Below are positions 1-12,968 of a stretch of DNA of 64,000 nucleotides, piece by piece. Position 1 is the first letter of the stretch. Each line of letters opens with the position of its first letter. Both the position numbers and the translations under genes were made by a program. Below the pieces are notes generated by a model, which was not told the origin of the DNA, made no database searches, and was given only the letters and a program-made list of their open reading frames with translations. The stretch is from Vicugna vicugna (Eukaryota): NCBI GenBank assembly GCA_013265495.1, contig MU059044.1:3201824-3265823 (forward strand), written 5' to 3'.

Positions 1-59
1 TTACGTCCTCCTACATCTACAGACGTTGGGAAGCTTCTGTACTACATCACCTGTTGCCT

Positions 60-420
60 ACATGCTGGATCTTTGATGAGAATTTTTTATCAAAACTTAT
101 CTGTCCTGTCTCCCATTCACTCATCTCTTCATTAATTCTTCCTCCACCAAAACAAAAACAAAAACAAAAAACCAATCATCACCAATACCTTTTTCCTTCC
201 CGTTGTCTAGATGAGAAATCTTAGGGTCACCTGTGACTCTTATCTTAAATTCAAGTTAAGTCATCATTAAATCCACCCGCTCCTCCCTCCACAGCATCTC
301 TCTGTTTGTTTGCTCTTTCCTATCTCTGGTCCCATTAACTTATTTCAGGTCCTCACTCCCCTTCCCCTTGCATCGTTTCCTTGTTTCTATTCTCTTACCT
401 TGATTTGTTCAGCCTAGCAC
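60..420 (+). mobile_element. L2 (LINE2) degraded fragment
   Basis: Pyrimidine-rich tract resembling L2 ORF2 3' region (cttagggtcacctgtgactct...aaatcc...ctccctccacagcatctc); recalled consensus, boundaries approximate. Confidence 0.55.
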
Positions 421-459
421 AAAAGTGGTTCTTTTTCTGGCCATAGCACTCACTCCCTG

Positions 460-547
460 CCCCACACTTACACACATCCCATCCTCTCACACAATCATAC
501 GTACATATTCACACACACTTACACATATGCTCACATACACTCACATT
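460..547. repeat. AC-rich low-complexity tract
   Basis: Imperfect (CA)/(CACACT) repeats visible directly. Confidence 0.8.
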
Positions 548-649
548 TTCTCCCCCTAGGATTGGTTTCACCATTAGCAAAACGGGGTCAGGGATGACTG
601 TTTCTCAGGGTTTGGTGCCATGTAACTGAGAAAAGTATTACTAGGCACT

Positions 650-870
650 GTCATTTATTAGGTATTTAATAGTCGGGAGGCACTGCACCATGGTATTTAC
701 AGCATTACGCCATCTATCTCTCACAATCGTCCCAGAAGATAGCTTTCACCTTCATTTGATTAAATGAGGACCCTGAGGCAAAGGGCAGTTAAACAAGTTG
801 CCCAGGTTTGAGGGGTGGATTCCGAATTTGAACCCAGGCAGCCTCTCTTGAGAGCCATTGTACTCAACGG
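650..870 (-). mobile_element. MIR SINE
   Basis: ctgaggc...ttaaacaagttgcccagg...tttgaacccaggcag matches the reverse complement of the MIR core. Confidence 0.75.
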
Positions 871-1276
871 CTGAAGAATACCATTTATATTTTCTATACA
901 GCTCCTAGTAAACCTACTGGCAACATTAGCTGCCCATTTAATATTTCCACTTGTATCCCCCATGGAAATGTTGATGGCACGAAAGTGGACATTTATTATG
1001 TTGTTGGACTGAAAGAAATTGGGGTTGGAACTCCCAGTTTTATCCAAGCTGGAGTAGCTTGTATCAGGCCAACCCTCTTGTCAAGAACAACTATAAAAGC
1101 CAAACCAACGCTGACAACAAAAATAACACCCACAAAAACAGCTGTCGGAGGGCTCGAGAGAGACACCAAGGCAGCTGAGACACGAGAGAAGGAACGCACT
1201 GATTCATCTGCCATGGGGAGTGGGGTGAAGGCTGCAACAGCAAAGCTTTTGGCGGTCTGAAGGGACTGGGGACACA

Positions 1277-1345
1277 AAATGACTGAATCACTTTGCTGTA
1301 TACTTGAAACTAACATTGTAAATTGACTACATTTCAATAAAAAAT
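1277..1345 (+). mobile_element. L1 extreme 3' tail (older cetartiodactyl/L1MA-type)
   Basis: actgaatcactttgctgtatacttgaaactaacattgtaaattgactacatttcaataaaaaa: typical L1 3' terminus with polyA signal and A-tail. Confidence 0.8.
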
Positions 1346-1529
1346 AAGAATTAATAGAAACATTGGGGTTCGTGGTTGTTAAATCCTCCAGGACATGAGA
1401 GGCTGATACTCTCTAAGTATTCTTGTTCAAAGATTTCTTATGTTAACGAGTTTGCTGAATTTGGACCCAAAGGTCTCAGCACTGACCGCCCGTGCTTCCA
1501 GTCCAGAGCTGCTTTGTCACTGCTAGAAG

Positions 1530-2310
1530 CAATTTGGGGAAGATACTTTCCTCCCATCACCTCCCACATCCCGTCAGTCTCCAATTCCTGTTGTTTCTGC
1601 CTCCTTAATATCTCCGTAATCTTCCCTTCTTTCCCATCCCCAAAGCCTACAGTTGCTGCCTCGAATTTCTCAGCTCTTCATCATCCCTCTTCTGGATTAC
1701 TAACCCATCTCCCTGCCCTTGCTGCTGTAATCTATTCTTTGCGCGCATGCTAAACCTATCTTCCTAGAGCTAGGATCTCATCAAAAGATTCCTTGATTAA
1801 AAACTTTCCATTTCCCACTGCTCTCAGAAAAAGGAAAAGAAGTCCAATCTTGTTAGTATGATCCAAAAGTATTTATGCCCTGGCCTCTGCAAACCTCTCT
1901 AGCTTCTTTTTTTTCATCCTCTCATCCTTGATCTGCTGTCTCAGCCTACTACGTTTCTCTAGCCCCCATCCACATATTTCCATAAGACTCCCTCTTCAGG
2001 AAAGAGTCTCACCCTTTACCTTCTGCCTTCACCCAGCTCAGTACTATTAGCTGTCATGCCCAGCACTCGTAACTCTACCAGGGCCTTCCCTAAGTGGCCC
2101 CTCTTCCCCACGCTTGTGGCTGCCACACATCACCTTTCCTGTGTTATCACAGTACTCTGTCCCTCAGAATTTACTATGCCAGAGAGAACTGGCTGGCTAC
2201 TCACTTCTTGCCCTTGCTGATCACGACCTTGCCAAGGGTAGAGCCCATGTGGTTTGTCTGTACATCTCAGATGGACAGCGCAGCTCTTGCCCACCACAGC
2301 CAATATGTTT
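1530..2310 (+). mobile_element. L2 fragment
   Basis: ctccctgccctt...tctattc...gtccaatc...ctggcctctgcaaacctctctagc pattern of the L2 3' region. Confidence 0.6.
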
Positions 2311-2479
2311 AAATGACTAAAAATAAAAGGAGCATGGAAAGAAATGTATATGATGGTATGTTCTTCCAGCGGCCAGCTTCATTCAAACTAAGCTAGAATG
2401 GGCTGAGGGCAGAAGCAACTCAACAGGTGCGACATTTCTTTCAGGTCTTATAGCTCCCAGAAAATTACTTATTGTGAAA

Positions 2480-2960
2480 TAAGGCTTCACCCAGGACTCT
2501 TTGGTTCCAAGTCACAGAGGCCCAACTCAAACTAGCCTGGGCAAATGGGGAATATTATTGATCCACACACCAAGTCACAGGAAGGTCAGGGAAGGCTGAC
2601 ACCACGAGTCTAAGCTCACCTGTAGGGTTACCCTCTCATGATTCAACTTTTGTCTTCCAGCTTCACTCTCCTAGATAAATTTATGCATTTGGCAAGGGAT
2701 TTGGGCAATGTTAGCTTCAGGCTGACATCTTTATAGTCCCCTTTCTACTTTAGAAAGAAGCTTTTCTTACTCTGTGTCGGTTCTCCAGTTGGGGAGTTCC
2801 AGGAAGGACTCTGATTGCCCTGGTTTGGTTCATGTGCCCTCCTCGCATTGGACTAATCACTCTTGTTGGGAATAAAACAATCTTATTTTGTCCAAATTGG
2901 GCTGTATGCTCATCTGTAGCCTGGGAAGAAGGTGGAGTCAATGAGAGGATGGCAGCTCTC
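2480..2960. mobile_element. ERVL-MaLR LTR (MLT1J/K-like)
   Basis: ggactctttggttccaagtcacagaggcccaactcaaactagc and ctctgattgccctggtttggttcatgtgccc are MLT1-type motifs. Confidence 0.55.
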
Positions 2961-3112
2961 CCTTTGGACCCTACGACTAGGGAAAGAATAGAAGTTCCCC
3001 TGGCTGCCACCGCCATGATGGCCAGGAGCATCACTGGAACTAGAAAGCCATGCCAATGTGCATCAGTGAAAAATGGCTCTAGTGGAGGATTTGGAAAGTA
3101 TGAAAGGGAGGT

Positions 3113-3600
3113 GTATCAATTTAACTACTGCTTCATAAAAAGCAACCCCAAAACTTAGTAGCTTAAGATAACACCATTTAGTCAGTTCCCAGTTCTGCTG
3201 GTTGACAAATGGTCTTGGCTCAGTTGGATGGTCTTCTGAGCTTGATCAGGCACACTCCTGAATCTGCAGTCAGTTGCCAATCAATGAGTGGCTCTGCTCT
3301 GGAGTGTTGACTGGCTCAACTAGGGTGTCAGAGGTGATGGAGCTGTGCATCCCTCATCGTCCAGCTGGACAGCCTGGGCTGTTAACATAGTGGCTCGGCA
3401 CGGTTCCAAGAGAATGAACAAAGCTGTGAGATGTTTCTTCAGTTTGAGGATCAGAATTGGCACAAGGTCACTTTCGCCATATTTTATTCATACAAGAAAA
3501 TCACAGGACAGCCCAGATTCAAGGGGCAAGGGAAATGGACCCACTTCCAATCGGAAGTACAGGGAAAAGTAAGGAATTATGGCCATTTTTTTGCAAACAA
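3113..3600. mobile_element. ERVL-MaLR LTR (MLT1F/G-like)
   Basis: aaccccaaaacttagtagcttaa...cacaaggtcactttcgccatattttatt...cagcccagattcaagggg. Confidence 0.6.
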
Positions 3601-4384
3601 CATGTCATAGGAGGAGAGCAGTGTGGGAGAGTAAGGGGAAATAGAAGGAAGTGAGGGGCTGACGTCTAGGGAGGATGGAGGAAACAGAGGGACTGAAATT
3701 ATGAGCAGTGACCTGGGGTGACAGGGTAACCTGGTAGGATTTGAGGACCACAAAGTCAAGTTCAGGTGTTGTCATCTTGACAGCAGAGTCCAGAGGACAA
3801 ACACGCCATGATCTTAGCTTCATGGCACCCAGTTCTAAAACTGCATCTTTGATTTTTCACCAAGTGTTTCTTTTTCCCCCCTTGGCTATCTCTAGTAAGA
3901 CACTGAGACTCTGCCTTGGCCCAGAACTGCCAGGGACAAGAACAAGCCAAAGAAGAGAGTTTGTTTCTCTCCTTTTGTCTATGCATTTTGCTTTACAAAA
4001 ATTAAAAAGATAGAAGGAAGGCAGCCCCTGTGTTCCACTCAACTGGCTGTTAGGGGACTCCGGAGGCGAATTAGCACTTGCGTGTTATGATGATAACATC
4101 TAGTTAAGCTAGCAAAACAGCCCCTCCGAGTCCAGCAGTGGAACTGGTGGATGGGAGCCCTCACAGTGTCTGAGGATGCCGAGCACTTGCTCCTAACAGG
4201 CATGCTAGAAGCTGCAGCAGAGAGAAACTCCTTACTCAGGAGTTTCTGCCTGGAGCGAACGTATGAGGAGCTGCCAGTGGAAGTGGGTGGCTAGAGGGAA
4301 GGTTGAGGAGTGAACCCTGGAAAGAGCTCACAGTTTGGCAACAACAACAACAACAAAAACCCTGTATTTGTGAAAAGTCATTTT

Positions 4385-4550
4385 TGCCACTTTCAAACTG
4401 GGTAACCTCGGGCAAGTCAGTCTCTGACTCACAGCCCCTACACCTGCACAATGAAGATAGTTAATATCTGCTTCAGTAGAAGATGTTAATGATTCAGTGA
4501 GATAAGCTGGCAGTAATGCGAAAAGTTTAAACACAAGGCATAGTTCTTGC
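4385..4550 (+). mobile_element. MIR SINE
   Basis: gtaacctcgggcaagtca...ctgcacaatgaagatag...gattcagtgagataa. Confidence 0.6.
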
Positions 4551-5509
4551 TATTTGGAGTAAGCTGAGTTCTGTGTCAGAAGCACGATACAGAAGGAATG
4601 ATGAAGTTTCTTCCCAGGGCTATAAAAATCCCCACTTCTATTCCATAGTCCCAAATAAATGAAACTTCTCTAATCAGAAAGGTAAAGGAAAAGAGCTCAC
4701 TTATAAATGGCACCCTGCACCATTAATCCCAGAGCCATCCCCCCCACCAACATAATTATTCAACATGTATGACAGCGTGGGTTGGGCTTGGACTGAACTG
4801 GGACCACTGGACCCACAATCCCAGGCTTGGGTCTCCAGAGCTCCCTCCCCATTACTGAAACCCTGGAAAAGACACCTTGGCTGAAGGGATCACAGACTAC
4901 AGGCAAGCAAACATAGCTGAATTTAAGCCAATACAATAAACATTTAAAAATTATGTCTCCTCTTAAAATATAAAGTCAAGAAATAGAACACATACAACTG
5001 CACTAAAGAATCGCTTACTATTTCTTCATTACTGAAGTCAGGGTGTTTTGTGTGTGACTAAAACACATCAGTAATGATGCCATTAGCACGCACTGCAACA
5101 TCTGACAGTCACGCATATAGATCCTTGAGCAAATTTTGTGTGCAGTGAAGCTTCAGGTGCTAGGGAGAGAGAGATTTGAGGAATTGGGTGGGGAGGCATT
5201 AAAATGGTACCAAGTGTTTGAGCACAGAAGAGGGTGAAAGGGAGAAAAGGACAAAAGAGGATGTTCAGTGGAGTGAAGAGAGTGTAAGTTCCAAAGAGAT
5301 CTGGGTATTTTCTGTTTTTTCTTTTCTTTTTCCTTTCTTCTTCTCATCATTTCCTGAGTGCCTTGGAGTATGCTGGCACATAATATATTCCCAATAAATG
5401 TTTTCTGAATAAATGAATAAAATTAAATGAAGAGCAGAACACAAATCAGGTGGCATCCCAACCAGGGTGGAATATACATCAAAACAATACACTTAAGGAA
5501 AGGAGCTAT

Positions 5510-5810
5510 TCACGATAGATGATATATCAGTTCATTTAAGCGAAATATCCAGAATAAGCAAATCTATAGAGATAAAAAGAAAGTAGTTTAGTAGCTGCCT
5601 AAGGCTGGGGGCTTGAAGGGAAAACGGAAGTGACTGCTATTGGGTCTAGGGTTTCTTTTCGGGATGATAAAAATATTCTAAAATTGACTGGTGATGGTTG
5701 CACGAGTCTGCAGGTATGCTAAAAACCACTGAATTTTATACTTTAAATGGGTGAATTGTGTGGCATGTGCATGGTATCTCAGTAAAGCTGTTCTGTAAAA
5801 AAAAACCAAT
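5510..5810 (+). mobile_element. L1MB-type 3' UTR fragment
   Basis: aatatccagaataagcaaatctatagag...gggatgataaaaatattctaaaattg...ctttaaatgggtgaattg...ctcagtaaagctgtt plus A-tail. Confidence 0.8.
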
Positions 5811-6089
5811 ATATTTTGTATGCTATATTCCACCCCCAACTCCCTCCCCAGAACCTAAACTATAAAACCCCTAAAGCAAAGAGTTTGGCAGCAACATTTC
5901 CTCAAAGGAAGGGGAAACAAGTCCTCCTACGCTTCTTCCGGGGGCCGTGTGTCTCTCTCATACTCATCTGGGACAGTATTACATGTAATGTATCCACAGT
6001 TCCATAAGCCACCTGCCACCACTGTCCAGGACTTATGTGTGTGACTGGGATGGTGGCAGCTTCCTCGGTGTGAAATAAAATTAATGTTT

Positions 6090-6506
6090 TATGGCAAGAT
6101 AAGAAAATTTTAAACAAAAAATTCTCTGCCCTTTGGCCTCCTCTCTCCCCCATACTAGTGTCTGCATGATGCACTGACCAAAACTCCCCCATCTGCAGAA
6201 ATACTCCCTCAAACGTAGAGAGCAACATTCTCCTAGCATCAGCAAGGCGACTCCTTAACATTCCTTCTTGATCTCATAAGGAGTCACATGACACTGCGAT
6301 CTGGATTATGTAAACTGTCAATCATACACCATCTGATGTAAAGCCTTCTGTCTCAAAAACCTTACATAACTCTGCCTTGTCCTCTATCAGGAGGAACAGT
6401 CCTCAGAGCTTTCAGAGATGCTCTTCCTGGGTTATAATCTTCAAATCTGGCTCAAATAAAATTCCCCATTTCTTTCTTAGATCCACTGGTTAATTTTTGG
6501 CCGATG
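6090..6506 (+). mobile_element. ERV1-class solo LTR (MER34-like)
   Basis: LTR-like composition, AATAAA at ~6456, ending ggttaatttttggccga; no adjacent internal ERV sequence recognised. Confidence 0.6.
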
Positions 6507-6859
6507 CTGATTTGTGTTCAGAAGCAGTACAAAGGCTGGCTGGGCTGCTCAGCCTGGGGAGGTCTATGACTGGGAGACCAGAGAATACAGACGAACCAGG
6601 TGGGCATCTCCTTCACTAAGAAGAGAAAGAGAAAGGACTGAGCTACTCCTGAGTACTTCCTCCTTTCCATCTCACCAAAGAGAAAAAAAATACAACTTCA
6701 GCAGAAGCAAAAGATGGAGGAGAAGGGTGAGAAGCCAGGAGTGTTACACTAATTCATGTCCCCACGAATGGAAAGGAACAGCAGGAGCAAGAAGGAAATG
6801 TTCCATCTTCACCATTAAGTGAGAGGACCTCTGTAAAACACATAGCAGAGTGTTTGACC

Positions 6860-7090
6860 CATAGTGGGCATTCAGTAATAATATCAGCAAAATAAAAGCA
6901 ATGATAGTCACAAACATTGCACAGACAGTGCAACAGGTGCCAGAGACAATGCTAAGATTTCCTGTATGTATTCTCATTTAATCTTCACAACAATCCTAGG
7001 AGGCAGGCATGATCAGTAGATTGAGCCAAGTGAATTCACCAATATTTTACTGTTGAATTTAATAATATCCCTACTTTACAGATGAGAAAA
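6860..7090 (-). mobile_element. MIR SINE (composite)
   Basis: tctcatttaatcttcacaacaatcctagg...ccctactttacagatgagaaaa. Confidence 0.7.
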
Positions 7091-7499
7091 TAATTCTGGT
7101 TAATATTGTTGCTGCTGTCAATGTACACTGCCAATTTTTGAACTCACAGAAGGCCCCCAAATGAAATTCAATGTAAGACACGTACCATGGTTTCTTCTTC
7201 CCTTAATGAGGCTGAATTTGCATTGGGTTACCCTCCCCATCCCATAGCAGCTCTCCTTGTGCCCTGGAGAATATTCCAAAATTTGGGGGCAGGGAATCTT
7301 GAGTGGCTTGTTGTGCGCTCATCCTGGGACCCACCCTCATCAATAGTTCCACCAGTTGGGTGAAGATTTAGCACACTGAGCCAATGTGTACATGATACAG
7401 TGCCAAGAGAACTAGATGAGCAAGCATGATTCAAAAAATGTAATTTAGAGCTTCCATCAAAGTGACTAAATCCAGTTAGATTATAGACAACAGGAATAA

Positions 7500-8000
7500 A
7501 CTCATCCATGAATGCGTGTGTTCTTTCACTCAAAATATATTTATTTACTGGGTGTCCACATGTGCCAGACATTGTATTGGATGCTGGGATTTGGAGATCA
7601 ACAAGGGAGACAAGGTATATACAGTTGCTTTGTTAGCTTACACTCTAGTTCTGAAGGAAAACAAGTAAAACAATAAGATAATTACTAACTGTGACAAGTG
7701 CTACAAAGTAGGATGAAACAGAGTGTAGGTAGGTGGAAAGGGGATCGTTAGCAGTTTGTGGTTTGTGGTTCGGGAAAGAGCTGTCTCATAAGAAGGAGAC
7801 AGTCATGAGAAAGTGTAGGAGTAGGAAGAGCTCTCTTGTTCACAGCAGTACCTTGTTCCAGGTTCCTGAGCTGGGAATGGCCATGGTGAGGTTGTAAGAA
7901 TTAGACCAGAGGGACTGGAGTGGAAGAAGGGAGGAGGAGGAGGAGAGTAGTAGGAAATGAGATCTAAGCAAGGACCAGTTTGCACGGGGCCTTGGTAGCG
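7500..8000 (-). mobile_element. L2 3' end
   Basis: ttcactcaaaatatatttatttactgggtgtccacatgtgccagacattgtattgg followed by purine-rich tract. Confidence 0.65.
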
Positions 8001-8924
8001 AATATGAGCTTAATTTCTTGTGACTAAATATGAATGAATCCCCTCAGGTTAAAAAATTCCCTCTTCAAATACTGGATGAAGGAGGACTGGAAGTGACCAT
8101 GAGCTTCCCTAACGACTTAATGTTTGAATCATGCTGTGAGTCAGTGTAGCGACAGCAGGATACATCTACGGAAAGCTATTAATAGAGCTATGTTTTTTCC
8201 TTATAAAGAAGGTGAACATCTGGTCCCTCTGGGACACTCAATGCACAGTTGTGGTCCTGTGTTCAAACCTGAGAACCACACGTTCAAAACAGCATCAGCA
8301 AACTGAAGCACATCTGGAAGACGGAAAACAAAATCCAGAGGGTCTGTGAATAACGTGAAAGTGCAGGACCACGGAGCGAAATGTGGCTTCTTGAACTGAA
8401 GAAAAGGAGATTTGGGAGATGTAAGAAATTTGCGCTTTAAAGTCATTATCTCATTGAATCTATCCAACGGCACTGTGGGGCATGGAGCATCATTCCTGCT
8501 TTCACTTTCCACGGGAGGAACCTGGCACTTAGGAAGATCCCCTACCTCAGATTTCATAACTGGTCGGTGACAAGGTGGGATTGGAACACAGAACCAAGCT
8601 GGTGTTCTCATTACATCTTACTACCCTCAAAAGAAAGATGGTCATTTACTCATCATGAGCCCAAAGGAGAGAGAGAGGTAGAGGTTATGTTTAGGCAGAA
8701 GTCGTCCCCAGAGAAGGAGGACTTCCTAGGAACGTCTGTGCTGTGTAACAGTGGGGATATACAGCATCACCTCAGGAGGTACTTGACCCAAGGCTGGAAA
8801 AACTTTTGTCAAGGAAGCTGCGGTGGGATCCCACATGGTTGGGGCGGATGGACTTGGGCTCTGAAGTCCCTTTCAGCACCCACAAGATTCTCTAGTCGTG
8901 TCTTTGGGACAGTTTCCATTCATG

Positions 8925-9050
8925 CAGAAATTGTATGCTCAAAAGACTGTGGGTGGCATATAGACCAATGGAGTAAAAGTGAGAGTCCAGAAATAAACGC
9001 GTACATCTATGGTCTGCTGATTTTTGACAAGGGTGCCAAAAAAGGGAATG
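8925..9050 (+). mobile_element. Short isolated L1 ORF2 fragment
   Basis: Translates WHIDQWSKSESPEINAYIYGLLIFDKG, matching the ORF2 segment [27 protein letters not shown] seen at ~45150. Confidence 0.8.
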
Positions 9051-9429
9051 TATGACAAATGCCCTCCTTCTCTTGGGCGTCTCTAGAGTTTGAGCCTCCC
9101 ACTGGCTCATCCCTTGTAGTTCTGTCCAAGGTCATCTAAGGCAATGTGGAGCAAGTCCATAAGCTCTGATTTGTCTCCTGGCTCTGTTCCCCTCTTGGAT
9201 AAACAGTCCTATCTTAAGATGCTGGCTCAGGGATACTGCACAAACCCGTCTTCAGACCATACTCAAATCCATTTCACAGATTCTTCTGGCCCAGATACAA
9301 GGCTGATGTCACTCTCGACCTGAGTTTCACAGAAGGAGGGAGGTCAGGAGAGTGGAATTTTCCTCTCTTCTTGAAGAAATAATCATCTAAAGTTAGGAGG
9401 AAAATCCCTACATATAGATTAATATAAGC

Positions 9430-9710
9430 ATGACCACACTTCATGCAGCAACATTATATTACTCATTTTCACTATATATGTTAAATCAGCAAGTACATTC
9501 ATGCAACTTACATTCCACAGATGAGCAAACACATACACAAAAATCCCCCTACATGACACAATCATTCCATACATACACATACACATCTTTGTGCACACCC
9601 CAAAGTCTCCTGCACAATCACAAGTAGCCAATGCATGTGCACTTTCAAATCCCCGCATACAAATGCATGCACACACATAGTACAGTCATATTCATAAGTA
9701 TGTATACACA
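9430..9710. repeat. AC/AT-rich low-complexity region
   Basis: Degenerate acacat/atacac repeats. Confidence 0.6.
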
Positions 9711-10409
9711 CCTGTTACTAACCAGGGCCATTAGTAAACTATTCCCAGCCTGCCTGATTTTCCTGCAGATTCAAGTTCAGAAACAGCCTCATCCCTCTTC
9801 CCCAAGGCCCCTACACATGGGAGCAGATGGAAGAACTGCTTGTGTCTATCAGAGGAAACATGGGCCCCCTGCTTGCGTACAACCTCATCTACAAATAAAT
9901 GTAACATCACATTCACTAGTCCCCTGGGGCTGGGGATTAGTTAGGAGCCATGGGTTGGTAATCTCTAGATAAACAATTACTCACATCCCCCAAATTGGAA
10001 GCCAGCTGGAAAAGTACAAAAAGGCCTCCCTCTCTGTTTTGAACAAATGAACCCTCTCTTCAAATACCCTTTAGCAGAAAAGCAGACAATAAGAAGCAAA
10101 TGGAAGGCTACTAATCTCTATTTTATTTCATAAGAACAGTGTCTTTTTTTTTCATTTCACAGAAAGTGTTAATGAAACTATAGAAGTTAAAATCTCGAAA
10201 AGCTTATGGAAAGGAAGAGAAATAAAATTATAGCCACAGACATTCCAGCCCTAGACACGGTTTTCCCCTTCCCCCAAGTCTCAGTTTCCTCATCAGTGGA
10301 ATTAAATAAACTATAAACTCCTACACTGACTCCATTCCAACTCATACATTGACTCCATTCCATGTCTAACGTCCTGTGCAAGCAAGTATATATTTATATA
10401 TTGTAAAAT

Positions 10410-10620
10410 AAATATCAGACTGACCTGGGTTCAGATTCTAGTTACACTGCTTACTGGGCAACTTCAAGCAAAATAGTGAATTTCACTAAACTTTATAGAG
10501 TTCTCTTCTGTAAAATAGGGAACTGATACCTACCTTGCATGATTATTAGAGGTGGTCGGTCAATGATACAATGCTTGTGAAATGCTTTATAAAACATAAT
10601 GAATCTAAAAGCATTAGTTG
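10410..10620 (+). mobile_element. MIR SINE
   Basis: gacctgggttcagattctag...ctcttctgtaaaatagggaactgatacctacc. Confidence 0.65.
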
Positions 10621-11257
10621 TTTATTGACTTGAAGAAGTATCTCAGTAACTCATTTGCCATATGTATTAAAGTTTAAGATTATGGAAAATAAAGGTACGT
10701 AAAGTGCAGTGTATGGCATAGAAAAATTAAAAAGTGATTAATTAAATGAATTCCTCTTCTATTGCAGCAAGATTAGGGTACTACTTTAGAGCTAAGATTA
10801 CACACATAGTATTTTTATGACCTCTCAATCTTTTGTAGGGGTCTTATTTTGTATCTGTATATATATTATAAGCTCTCTAAGGACATCAGGCAGCAAAAGC
10901 TATGCTTTGTCTTGAGAGTCAGTGCAATATATTGAATCATGTGTCATGAGATCAAAGATATAGCTCTGGCTTGTACCTACATTCTGGATAATTCCAGAGA
11001 CTCACCATTAGGACTCTCAGGTCCTCAATTTTCTCATTTACGTGATGGCTGCTATTAATCTATTACTGTTCCACTTCGTATGGCTGTTGTGAGGATCAAA
11101 TGGAATAACCAATATGAAAGAACTTTAAAATGTATTTGGTTATTAATCAAGTCTGTGTCTAGGTCAGCAGATACTGCCTAAGTAGATACTTGGCCAAGAG
11201 GCTAGGCTAGTTGTTTGAAACCTCTCAACCATGACCTCCTTGTCAATGGATCACCTA

Positions 11258-11477
11258 CACCAGCAGCTGGAAAGCTTTATCCATTAAAGGGTCAGATAAT
11301 AAATACTTTATGCTAACTCAGGTAACACTGAGTGTCTCTCAGTGTAAAGGGGAAAGATGGTGTCTATCGCACTCAGTCCTGCTGCTGCGGCACAAAAGAA
11401 GCCATAGACATTATATAAAATGAATGAAAGTGGATGTGTTCCAATGTAATGTTATTTACAAAAACAGGAGGTAGAAC
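11258..11477 (+). mobile_element. hAT-Charlie non-autonomous element (MER58A-like), right end missing
   Basis: aaagggtcagataataaatacttta...aagaagccatagaca...tgtgttccaatg...tttacaaaaacagg. Confidence 0.7.
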
Positions 11478-12500
11478 TTCTGATCTAGACAAGATGACGT
11501 AGGTCTGATTTTCCCTGATCCTGCCCCTTAAGCACAACTATAAATTCCAATAATGACACAAAAGTCATAAAAGAAAACTCTGACATTTGTAAGAAGAAAG
11601 CAAGCAGGCTTGGGACCCTAGGACTAGAGGAACAGAACAGTGGCTGGGCATCCTGTACCTCCTACCCAACAGAAGAAGGACACTTAGGCCTAATGTTCTT
11701 TACCCATGACCTGATAACAGGAAACATCTCACATAGATTCGTTCCTCCTCTAGAGCAAATAGAAGACCCTCTGACAGCATTAAGTAAGACTAGCATCACG
11801 GTGAGGTGCTCTTGTTTTCTTACAGGAACAGAGAAAGACTCTTCTTTTCTGCTGAGAGATAATGAGGCCAGTGGCAGAATTAGCAGGGGAGACTCAGTCA
11901 CAGCAAGCTCCCAGTCCAGACAGCCTATTTGTACATATGGACCAGATACTCTACTCCCCTCGCCAGAGACACCAAGGCAAAGGAGGGGCGCCAGTAGGAA
12001 GATCTCCAGCAAAGAGGCACCTAACAGCTCCCTGCCCCACCCCTGGGAAGTCATTCCGTCCCATCAGGCAGCACCAGCAGGGACAAAATGGAATCTTAGC
12101 AGCACCAGGTAAACCAAGCAGATGAAAAGTAACACTGCACAGTCACTAAAAATTAAACTTTCGTTGGAACCAAGGTCCAAAAAGCAGGCTAAGACCTATA
12201 CACAAAACCAAAATGAGATGACTGTTTGCTAAAATACAAGATTTAAGTATAATCCAGTGTTTCCCAACATAATAGATGTAATTGATACAATAAAAAGTGC
12301 TGTAGGAAACAAAGACTCCACTCTTCAAGGGTGAGTGCAAAATCTCACAATCTTTGAGTCCAAGCACAGAGGCAATAATGTTCAGGAGCCCAAGTCACAC
12401 TCACTTGCTGATCTTGGAGCACCCCCTGGAGAGGCAGGAGTCACCAAAGACTCCCCCTGGGAACATAGACACTGGTAGCAGCCATTTTTTAGGAGCTCAG
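11478..12500 (+). mobile_element. Old L1M 5' UTR-like segment
   Basis: Begins acttctgatctagacaagatg (L1M 5'-end style) and runs into the L1 below; family uncertain. Confidence 0.45.
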
Positions 12501-12968
12501 TCTACCATGAGCAATACATTGGAGTTCTTTCTTTAGCCTGTTAGCACCAGGGGCTTACCCATTAACCAGTGAGCCAGCACCTGTCCCAGGACCCCACAGG
12601 CTGAGGAACCAGCCACGCTGGGACCCAGCCACACCCTCTAGACCTACATCAGCTTCAGGATCCCCTGGGTTGCTCAAACAGCCACCCCAGGACCTGGCAC
12701 CATCCACCAGTATGTCAGCAACCACCACACAAGGCAGAATCTGACAGCCAGCTGGGCCCGGGACCATTCCCACATACAAGTGCACCCACAATTACTGACC
12801 CCACCACAAAGGAAGGGACCACACAGCCCACATAGGGAGCACCCTTAGAGGACATACTTATGGTGACCAGAGGGAAGTGTGGTGCTTTGCCCTGCAAGAC
12901 ATCTATATAAGACCTCTTCTTAATAAGGGAAGCATACCTGATCTACCTAATACAGAGAATTAGGCAAA

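Noticed and set aside
9419-9972. His/Thr- and Cys/Met-rich ORFs
   Set aside because: Translation artefacts of AC/TG low-complexity DNA.
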